A stretch of DNA of 64,000 nucleotides, from NCBI GenBank assembly GCA_051294905.1, contig CM119371.1, positions 11,906,001-11,970,000 of the forward strand. Reading direction: 5' to 3'. A program made the translations under genes and the position numbers. Source of the DNA: Botryllus schlosseri (Eukaryota). This document shows positions 12,720 through 23,700 of the stretch, piece after piece (within the stretch, counting starts at the first letter, position 1; each line of letters opens with the position of its first letter). Under the pieces are notes generated by a model that did not search any database, was not told the origin of the DNA, and worked only from the letters and a program-made list of their open reading frames with translations.

Positions 12720-13050
12720 AGCAATAAGCATGCTACCATTTGTCACATTGATCACATTTCACCATTCAAGGTTGAGAATCACAATAAGGCAACTAGCACT
12801 AACAAAATAGTGACAGGTTTAACGTTGAGAAAGGGACTGGTTTTGGATCCACGACAGAGAATTCCACTAAATCGACATTTTCTACTGCAATCAGGGCGAG
12901 GCACATTTGTCGAAGTTGTTGCCTATAAACCACTGTTTCTGGATTTAACCCAAAACACAGGGTTATCGCATTGGTTATGGCGAAGACGCCGCAATCACTA
13001 CCGTTACCTTGCTGTTGGTCGAACACGGCCTACTCAGCATTCCGATTGAA
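12720..13050 (-). pseudogene. Decayed Ulp1/C48-like protease motif followed by a PHD finger (probable transposon cargo)
   Basis: QQQGNGSDCGVFAI catalytic-Cys motif, then LFC*C*LPYCDSQP*MVKCDQCDKW*HAYC with several stops. Confidence 0.65.
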
Positions 13051-14096
13051 CATAAGGTTTCATCGTTATATACCGAAGAATTGTAGGCTTGAATTGTTGA
13101 CTTAAGAGTAGCGCCTGTTCCCGGCACATCTATTTCAAATGCGGGATTTTGTGATTATCCGCAGGTCCACCTCTCCTTCTATTGTGGGACGGGAACAGCA
13201 TGTTCTGGGTGCCTCTGTTTACGTACCATTGACCGATTTTGTCATGGTCCACCTCACTGAGCATGGTTGGTTTTGTGGTTAAGAATTTTCTTTCGGTCCG
13301 TCCTTTATTATTGTAGTTTGGCAGGATGTTACAGGATTTTGCAGCAATTCGGATATATACGATACATGCCGGATATTTACCAAGTCCGAAATTTGAGAAA
13401 TGTAAGGCAATCAGGCATCATTGGATAGTAGCCTCCTTTCAGAGTATGGTTTAGTAAGAATACATCTGCAGATGAAAAGGTGCCTTTGTACGTTATCTAA
13501 TCTATAGCCGTTCTTCTGATACTCTTTAAATCCTCAATGCAATCGAATTACAATATGGCATCCTCTGTCGGGGGGCTGCCAATAAAACTGCACTCGAGCC
13601 ACTGCAAAAACTACAAAATAAGGTACTCCGTATCAGAGTTGGATCGATTACAATATTTCAGTTAAATTACAATTACAATTACAATTACTTCCTTGCATGT
13701 TTGAATTACATTACAATTATAGTTACTCAATGCTAAAAATATCAAATTACAATTACAATCACTGTTAAACATGTAATTAATTTCAACTACAAATACAATA
13801 CTGTTAAACATGTAATTGACTCGGTAGAGAGGTGTTCTCTGACGACCGTAGCGACGTAATTAGCAACAATCTCAAGCTATTCATGTTTCATTCGTGATAC
13901 GTAGAATACCCTTTAATTAAAAAAAAACTCGACCGTATTCGAACTATTCCTAATCATGAGTACTGAAAACTACAAACACAGAAAAATGTTTTATCCGACT
14001 GTTAACAACCTAAAGTTTGAGCAACTAACAGCGAATAGGCTACAGGAGTTTACTTGCTGGTCATCCATTTTTGAAATATTAAGATTTAGTTTAGCC

Positions 14097-14413
14097 CACT
14101 GGTTCTTTAACTTTTTTAGACACGCCCCTCTTTATGACAGTGAATTATTTCGTGCCCCCCCCCCCCTTATCGTCATATCACGCAATGAAACCAGAGCAAT
14201 CCCTACATATAGTTTGATAGTATGGAAGGTTAAGACTGTTGGTGAGAGAATTCTCCAATATGACATTCGGACTATACACAGAGCAATAACTATGAAATGA
14301 AGGTGAATCGCGCCAAGCGCGGAAAAAAATTCAGTTTACCGGAGCTTCTCGCCCCCCTTCAGATGCTTTCACGCCGCCCAAGGGGGGCACGTCCCCCAGT
14401 TTGAGAACCATTG
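14097..14413. mobile_element. Short Buster-type hAT MITE (nested)
   Basis: cactggttct ... agaaccattg termini; TSD GTTTAGCC (14089-14096, 14414-14421). Confidence 0.75.
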
Positions 14414-14426
14414 GTTTAGCCTATAT

Positions 14427-16425
14427 CAGTGGTTCCCAACCTTTTTCGGTGGCAGGGCCAAATTAAGAATTTCAGAGTACGGTCGGGGCCGCACAAATAC
14501 CAGGGCAATGAAAGGAACCCATAATAGTCACCAAAATATGGAAATTCCATTGTTCCGATCATTCGCTTGACGACATCGGCCATTGTGTTGTCGCGCTCCC
14601 GTTGTTCAAAACAATCAATCTTTGCTGGCTATTTCGGAGTAGTTTTATTGCCCTGGCCAGATTTCAATTCGTATTTTTAGAATCAGTGCGACACCTGCTT
14701 CGATAAACACCGACATATCAAATTATTCGGACGCTTGGGTCGCGAACTATAGGACTACCAATTATGCTGCTCTTTGCCGGCTAGGCAGTACGCATCTCGG
14801 CGTATTCAATCGTGGGTCAGTTGTTGCACATCTATCCGCAAAAAAAAATCCGTAAAGTTATCAATACCCAGGGCCGTAACAGCACTTCGTCACCCCCTCC
14901 CCCCAAACGTTGCTCTTGGGACCCCATTGGGTGATAAACCGAACTTCGAAGCCCCCAGACCCCCACCAGGCTAGATAGCTGTTTGCCGCTATTTATCATC
15001 TAAATCGGGTGTCCGTTTTAGGCAGCCTCTGTCGACTAATCGCGCGAGGCGCGAACAATTTCTATAATTCCTGCTTGAATCGGTCAATGTAATCGGGAAT
15101 TGCATATATATTGGTATCTATTTTTATCCTTTCTCTGCTCACGTAATCAGATTGACCGGTTGAGCCTAGTGAGTTGTGTTTGAAAAGGTAGGACCACTCA
15201 ATATTAATTAAACATCTTCGGGCGTATACCCGTTGGCGGGAACGAAACAGCACTTTGTCAGGCTTCTCAAAACACTTAGGTCTTGAGCTCCCATAGGGTG
15301 ATAAACCGATCACCCGTCCTGTTGTTCGCTTCTGCCACGAAATCAGGATCACCGTTTAGTGAGCCAGCGTGGAGCGCGAAAATTTTCGATAATTCAAAAT
15401 AAAATATGTCAATGAGATCGGGAATTGCGTACATGCTAACTTGTCCTCTCTGCTCACGTAATCAGATTTACCGGTAGAGCTGAGTGAGGTGTCTTGGAAA
15501 CTGTATAGGACCCGTAAATAATAATTAAATATATTCTGACAGGCGGACCCGTTGGTTCGACTTCGTTACATGATGTTATTTCGTGACCTCCAGTCTGCTA
15601 TATCAAAAAATATAGAATCGCCCAAACGTACTAACCTATAACATACACACGATTTCAAATTGGTAGTTCTTCACCGGCATATAATTCTTCCCTGCGGTAT
15701 GGTAGCCTATTTGTCTCGTGAGGTTCAGATTGTCATTTAGGCGCCTATGGTCAATTATACCTATATGTATTTTGTATATACATAACGAAGTTTATGGTCA
15801 GCGTAAGGGCAGTCCTTTTCGGCCAAGGTTTTCTCGCTGTCGATCGTTCTGGCACACTTCTTGGAGTCGCATGTTACATGACCTAAAACTTCATATGTCT
15901 TCGTGCGTCGTGGCGCGGTAATGGCCAACGACGATATGCCCACTTCTATAAATCTTGCGTATTTTATCTTGGTGGAAGAGTACCCAATAAGTAAGGTACT
16001 TGGAAACTTGAAATCGGGCGCAGGGCGACAATTGTTTGAAAAAGTTGCATAAAACTTCATAAAATACTCTATAATGTATGCTAATTCACTAAATAATTTT
16101 TGGCCCCCTTCGAGCTCGCTCCCCCCTATTGGGGGGCTCGAGGTGCGGCAGTTTCGGTCTTATCAATACCTATATCTATACCAATATCTGTAGGTACTGC
16201 TCGCTCAACTGGAAAGTTAGGGCACATTGCATTGAAACAGCAGTGACGTAACCTTAGCAGTCTACTCGCAACTTTCTTGCAATCCTAATTGAAAACTCCA
16301 ACCAAGCAAGAGTATTTTATAAATTTTCTTTTTCATAAATCGATTTTTCAATATTCTTGTGGGGGCCGCAAAAAGGCTTGCTGGGGGCCGCATGCGGCCC
16401 TCAGGGCCGCGGTTGGGAATCACTG
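14427..16425. mobile_element. Non-autonomous Buster-type hAT element (nested)
   Basis: CAGTGGTTCCCAACC ... GGTTGGGAATCACTG; perfect TSD GCCTATAT (14419-14426, 16426-16433). Confidence 0.9.
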
Positions 16426-18993
16426 GCCTATATAGTAATTCACAAAGTTTTCTATTGCTACTGAAGTGTGGAAAACGGTTTAGCATGGCTGAATTATCTA
16501 GTTATAACGCGGCACGCATAGAACACCGATGTAAATAGGCTAACTATTTAAGGTGGTGACTGTGTACTAAGGCCTTAAGGCCTTGCGGGTTGCGGCCCCT
16601 CGTCATCATCCTAGTCCGTACCGGATTTTCACTGGTGTGACGAATAAATGATTGATTGATTATTTTGTGTTGTGATTGTCAGGTTTCCATAGCAATGTAA
16701 TTGAAATTGTAATTGAGCAAAATGTTCATCAAATTACAATTACAATTACACAAAATAGAACTGCTTCAATTACAATTACAATTAAACTACATGAAAAATG
16801 TAATTTTTACATTCAGCTCAATTACAAATTACAATTGATCCAACTTTGCTCCGTATCATAGCAAGGGCCCCACAGGGGCCTGGTTGCCCATCCAACAAGT
16901 CGCTTCTGAAGAAATTCGGTGTGCTAAACATGCGGAAACTAGAAATCGCCAAGTTTATGAATCAGTTACACTGCGGTCGTTGTCCCAAATATTTCAATAA
17001 CTTTTTTTAGCTCGGTATCTAAAGCGCACAAGTAGCCTACAACACACACGCGTCCACGTCGTCCAACTATCATATGACGACCGAAAATGTGCCGGACCTG
17101 ATGTGTGGAACAGTATACCACTGGCCAGCCGACAGTCGACGAGCATGTCCACATTCAAGTCGAAATACAACCATTTACTACTAAATGCATACTAGTCTAT
17201 CCTCAAGATTACCGGACCACGACTGACCTATCGATCTCGCCTTCCATGACATGCCACCCCATTTCTTGTTGCTTGCTTTTTCTATACTATCTTCTTTACT
17301 TTTCATTCAGTGTGCATGCCTCCTCTTTACATCGCCTGGGCCAAGGTGGTTGTCTGATTCCATAGACTACTCCAAGTCGCTTCGACAACTTCCTATCTTT
17401 TCATTGTATCGCATTTTTGTGGTGTATTGAACTGGTAAAAATTGCTAATAAACCAATGATGATGATGATGATGATGCAAAATAAATCAATGAAATTATGT
17501 TTAAGACAATAATAAATTATGTTGATCTCACAAAAGAATGTGAAAGAGGCAAGATGAGTACAATATTCCCTATGCTGAAACTCATTTAAAGGTAACATGC
17601 TACTGCCAGAATTGTGTGTTCTGAAGTTTGACCAGAGGCAGAATCAACATAGCTATAAGCCGATCGTTGCTCACATATTCAAAATTACATCCTATTCTAA
17701 GAATCAGCGCAACCTTCATTCATCCCCTATTTTGACGAATTGATTCTGTATGGCCAGTTTATAAAATCTCAGTAAGGTTTCTAACGCCTGTGAGTGGATG
17801 TATCATAAAAATGTGCCGACCTATGTGTTGGTTTGAATCTACCATAAGATTAGTCCGACCATGGTTTCTCTGAAAAACACTGTCGGAGAGCGTTAGGATG
17901 CTTTAATGTAGGGGTGTGCAACAATCAGGTGCGGGACTATGACAGAAAAGACTTGTGAGGCCAACCCCTACGCGCCAGGATATATTATGTTTTGGGCAGC
18001 ATATCGATAGGCGAAGTACGGTGCCAAAAAATTGCCGGCGATGAAATCAAAATGACCGTCGCTGGTTGGCTAATACCTTCGATATTGATACGTCCATTCG
18101 TCAAAATGGTTGGTACGGAATAGTCAATAGTCTGAGTAGAAAGTCAGTACAAATGCGACCCGTGCCCAAATAACACACTTTAATTTGAAATCGCGTGAGT
18201 CAGACATGCTTCATAGAGCTGCATTGCGTACGACTGCTGTCTGCGCATTCTCTATATCGTATATACAATACGATTTATATAACGTATAGCCTACATGCCC
18301 GTAAAATGTAGCCTAGTTATTTTAAAAATGCATACGATTGGATGTGTGAGGCTTGGGTCGCGAGATGCCACTAAAACTCGGATTCGGGTCTCAGTCAAAA
18401 TGGTTTAAGAACGACGGATTCATATAATCGTATAAAAGCCTGCGTTTGACTTATAAGTACGGCCCGCGAATCAATTCAGATGTTGAATGCGACCCGCCAG
18501 CTGAAAAGTTTGCTGAAAAGTGCGCTGTACACCGGTAGGTAACTTGACGCTACAACTCTGAGTGAGTGTTCCAGATTTGCATTAGTGAGGGGTGTTCTGT
18601 GTTTGTTGTTGATGAAGTTGATGTCCGAAAGGCTGATTCACAACGTTAAGTTGAATCAAACACGCTTGCAACCTTTATAGCTGCTGCGCATGCGCATACA
18701 CCACTGTACTTTTCCGTGTCAACAAGGCACTAATACTTTGCTGAAGCCTGATGGGCTTTGAGGTGGAGGTCATTTTGCAACGTTACAATTTCAATCTCAC
18801 ACTGTTCAGCATCCAAATATGACAGATTCCATGATACCGGACAGCAGCAACGATTACAGAAAATTGGAAACATGGCACTAAACTGCGTTGAGTATAAGAG
18901 AAACAAACTGTGTCAAAAGATGCAATACGTAATGGACATAGAGATATTGAAAATTTGCTAGTACTTCACGGCTATATGCTACCGAATATAGTT

Positions 18994-20153
18994 TAGGGTT
19001 GCCATACGTCCGGAGTTTCTCGGACATGTCCGGAATTTCACTGTTCAAACTAGCGTCCGGGAGGAATTTCTAAAATATGCCAAATGTCCGGAATTTTGAA
19101 GACTTGACGTAGGCTCATAATTTTTTCGTAAATTAACATGAAAACATTATGTTTGGGAATATTTCTGCTGGTGTATGATATTTTTCTTCGCGCTGCGCGC
19201 GATTTACCATCACATTTATTGATTTTAATATGGGGATTACCACCCTCGCAAAAAGTGCAATAAAATATAAACAAAAACAACCTTTATTTACTGGAATAAG
19301 CCTAATTGTAATCGCAATTATAGGAGAACGGTATATTCCTAGAGATCTTTATGGCCGTTTAAATGGTTAATTCAATCATAGTCGTTTACAGCACTGTACA
19401 GTGCTGTAAACGACTATGATTCAATGATATATAGTGGTTCCAAACTTGGCGGTCGTTTGATTTTATTCTGGGGTTCGCGAATATGTTGAAATGCGAAATA
19501 GCCCGCGAGTAAGTCTGGGCGAAGGTGGTGACTTCTTTTAGTAATCAGCTCGTCAAATTTTGATCCGGGCCACGGAACATTTTCAAATTAGAGATTGAGT
19601 CGCGACCATAAAATGTTGGAAACCACTGGATGTGGGGTGCGCACCGGCGTAAGGCTGGTAAACAATCTTATCGGTGGGACAGGAACATGACTTAACGATG
19701 TATGTACAATGACGCTCCCTGTATTTTCGAACTCATCATCCTCCACCAGCTCTACCGCTAATTCTGGTCATGTGGGCGGATAGTATAGTAACTATTGTAA
19801 CTATATAGTAATATATGGAACAACCAATTTTATTGACAGAATTCATTCAAAAAGTTTTTCGACCAAATGCATATAGAAACCATATTCATATAGCCCCCCC
19901 CCCTTGAAAGTTGCATCGATTACCCTATGGAGGGCTCAAAATCATTGTTTATTTGGGTGGGAAGGGGCTGAAAAAGGGGGTTTCGGTCCCGGTTGCCCAA
20001 CACACAGTCACATGCATACTCCTGAACCGGATCGTAACCACCTCTGGTATATGAGCAAAGCTTTACTAGTGTGACGTCATAACTAATTTTGAAATCCTCT
20101 AGTGGGCGCTAAAGAATGTCCGGAATTTGTGTCACAGAAATATGGTAACCCTA
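18994..20153. mobile_element. Non-autonomous hAT element with Blackjack-like TAGGGTT termini
   Basis: tagggttgccata ... tatggtaacccta; perfect TSD ATATAGTT; GTCCGG subterminal repeats. Confidence 0.88.
19377..19418. mobile_element. 42-bp perfectly palindromic mini-element
   Basis: catagtcgtttacagcactgt|acagtgctgtaaacgactatg flanked by 7-bp direct repeat ATTCAAT (19370-19376, 19419-19425). Confidence 0.75.
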
Positions 20154-20758
20154 ATATAGTTATGTTGTTTACTACTTTGGCATTGTCCTGGACGTCGAGC
20201 TACCATGAAGTAACTCCCGTCGCTCGTTGGTCAAAACCGTGGACATTGATATGCCCGGTCGCCGAAATAGTCGGCATTGTTCCGTTCTTGCAATTTGAGA
20301 AGACAGTAGTACAAATGCAAAATAAATGTGACCCGCTGATGAAATTAACGCACTTCAATTTGAAATCACACGCGCCTGATATGCTTCATAGGCCTGGAGC
20401 TGAATTGCGCACCACTGTTATCTGGGCTTTCTCTATATCGTAGTCTATGTGCTCGTAAAATCGCAGCATATTAATCATAAAAATGCATTCTATTATGTGT
20501 CGCGAGATGCCACTACAGCTACACTCAGACTTGCGTCGAGGCTCAAGAACCACTGGCCTATACGTCATGTCACTCGCCCAGCCGATCATATCAGACTCGT
20601 TTACTAGGATTGTCTTCTAACTCTTCATTAGATTAAAACTAATTCACAGGTAATATAAAAGCACGGTAACGACTAATTGCCTACAGAGAACAATAAGATT
20701 AAAAGGTAAAGGTTTACAGCAAAAACCTGAAACTTGAATAAAGAACTAAACATACCCG

Positions 20759-23700
20759 TCAGTATTCGTGAATCCACGGATGGTTAATGATTTCATCGAT
20801 TGTAAGCCGCGATTTTTCGTCTTTGCATAACATTCCTGTTATAAGATCCATGTATGCATCGGACATATCGTACCCACGACGATGGCGAAGATCGCATCCC
20901 ATAATGTCTTCCGGACTTTCGAACGGGTCCGTACCTTCCACGATGATGTACAACAACACTCCTAGGCCCCATAGATCAGTGCTCTTCAACCGGGGTGGTC
21001 GTACACCCTAGGGTGTACCAGAATTTGCAAAGGGTGTACCACTCGGATGGGGTGTACAGGGGTGTACCAGATCCTAATTACAATGAGCCGATGGCTAGCT
21101 ATCTCAAAGGCAGGTCTATTCGTCAGTACAGGTTGACGCACAGGTTAATGAGCAATATGGTGCGATGTTTATCTCAAGTGTAAAACTGAGCACCGCTAGA
21201 TTGTGATGTCATAAGCAAATATTTCTCCTATTCATTTAGCCGTCTGCAATTCACCAATGGTTCCGTTCGGTGTTGGAAAGGATGTAGTTAACATGGGTTC
21301 AGCTAGCTAGAGATTTCTCTTTTAGTGATTCTTGGGGAAACCGCCGCGACAGCTCAGACTTCTTGAATCGGTGCGTCCTTCTCGACGTTAATAAATAGTG
21401 CAATGCACATTAGGGCTGTTCAAAAATAACTTTTTTCTTCGGATTCCAGCCATTCACTGATTAAATTGTCAGGTTACCCTAAAAAACGCTGCACACCAAA
21501 TTTGGTTCGATTCTAACAAGTATAGGACTCCGCAGATCCAATTAAAATTTTTAATTTATTATGGAAAATTAAAAAAAAAATTCCCAATTTTCCTGCCAAC
21601 CCCATGAAATTGTTGAGCTGTCTTCAAAGACGTTGCAAAACAAATTTGAGTCAATTCCGACCAGTAGAAGCGGAGTTATGAGAGTTTTTCGTTGATAAAT
21701 CGCGGATTATCCACCAATCAAGGATAATCCGAGAAATTTCAACGAAAAACTCCAATAACTCCGCTTCTACTGGTCGGAATTGACTCAAATTTGTTTTGCA
21801 ACGTCTTTTAAGACATCTCAACAATTTCATGGGGTTGGCAGAAAAATTTGGAAATTTTTTTTTTAAATTTTCCATAATAAATTAAATTTTTTAATTGGAT
21901 CTGCGGAGGCCTTTACTGGTTGGAATCGAGTGAAATTTGGTGAGCAAGGTTTTCTACTGCAACCTGACGATTTAAGAGGTGATCGGCTTGAATCGGGAAA
22001 AAAAAGTTATTTTTGAACAGCCCTAATGCACGTAAATGAACTGACGTAGCCAGCCAGGGTCGAGGCAGCTTCCTTGTTGAGATCGAAATCCTATTGTTTT
22101 AAAACGCCGATTTTATGTCCAATATTTCGCCATACATTTGCAATTTAGTATTTTGTTATTAGTGGTGCAAATTAGCGACAAACGACAGTGTATAGCGACA
22201 TGCGATCTGAGGTTACTGACATCTCTTGCAGCCCGTGTGCTACTGTCGACTTTGTGTGGGGCAGGCTTGATACGCAGTAGGCTGGTGTGCCTGCTATCTT
22301 CGCTGGTCTGAATTACCGCTTCTGCAGCTGGTAGCTTTACCTACTCTCTCATCGTTCGTAATGTCATGCTGTTTTGGGGCTGACACGAAATAAATTTTAA
22401 TTTGCGTGGCGGGCGTCCTAACTGGCTGCAAATAGACTCTGAATCCCGTACTTGATTTGAGCTATTAATAAAACATAGAGATCAGAATAGGTGTGTCAAG
22501 GGTCGAGATATCAAAATATGGGAAATATCTGAATCATCTGAAGTTGCCAGAATTGCAGATCAGACTCGGAAATTTTGATTCGTGAAAATAATCCGTCGTC
22601 GCGGAGGTGGTGTACCTATCAGAGATGAGCGGATTTGAAATTTCTATGTCCTAATCCAATCCAAATCCGAACCTTCAAATCCAAATCCAAATCCAAATCC
22701 AGACCTTTTTCATATTCAAGTCCATGTCCAATCCTAATCCGATTCCAACTGGTAATTCAGAAAAAATACTAATTTATGCAATGGAGGGATTCGAAAATTT
22801 TCTTTCACAACCAACGATTCACTTGATTCAATATAACTTAGTAACCATGAGTACATTAATAACTGATCTGAATAAAGTTTGTCGCCATTCGCCACACGAC
22901 ATTTCAATCTCCCAGAAAATAGGTAATTCCAATCCAAATCCTAATCCGTTCTGAAAAAAATGTCTAATCCAAATCCGACAAAATTTCATCAATCCTGTTT
23001 TTTCAAAACCTAATCCTAATCCATGCTCATCTCTGGTACCTATTCGTTCGCGAAATGGAGTGATTGACAGCCGCTAATGCCTGGCCAGGGCATTGGCGAA
23101 TAGTGAATACGTAGAGTATTACCCGGAGATCTCGAACTCGCGAATTAACAGCGCAGCGGAACTCGCTGAAATTTTATAATAGCGTTTGAATGTGGACGTT
23201 TTATAACGTCAGTTCTCCAACACGAGTAATATTGTGTGATCCAGGTATTGTCATGCTTTAGGCGTGTACTTAACTATATTGGTAAATTTGAAAGAGATTA
23301 CAGAGGTTACCGTGTTCACGTGGTTGTTTGCCCCAATTTAAATAAACATGGACATGCGTAAGTTCTTCACGAAGCCCAGCGTAAGTGAAAGTGATAATTC
23401 TATTGAATCACGCAAGCCAGGCAATGTTGGTGAAACATATACTGAGACAAATGCAGAACAGTGTCCTGAAAGTATCATCAGCAACTTGCAGCAGCAGAGA
23501 TCTGATTCAACGAAAACCATTCGAAAGAAAATGTCCGGTGCCGCCAAGAAACGCAAATGGAATGATGATTACATCCGGTATGGATTTTATCGCACAAAAG
23601 AAGAAATGCTGAACCCTTATCCGCCAGCACGCTGTTTGTTTTGTCCTGTCGTCCTTAGTAATAGTAACCTGGCAGAGATGAGCGGATTTGAAATTTCTAT

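Larger units (their letters stand above)
13634..16848. mobile_element. Ac-type hAT MITE with ATTACA subterminal repeats, enlarged by nested insertions
   Basis: cagagttggatc ... gatccaactttg termini; perfect TSD CTCCGTAT (13626-13633, 16849-16856). Confidence 0.88.
13480..17476 (+). mobile_element. CR1/L2-group LINE 3' fragment split by the 13634-16848 insertion
   Basis: Removing the insert rejoins ANKTALEPLQKLQNKVLR|IIARAPQGPGCPSNKSLLKKFGVLN; ends in AATAAA plus an (ATG)n tail; homologous to 36007-36639. Confidence 0.8.
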
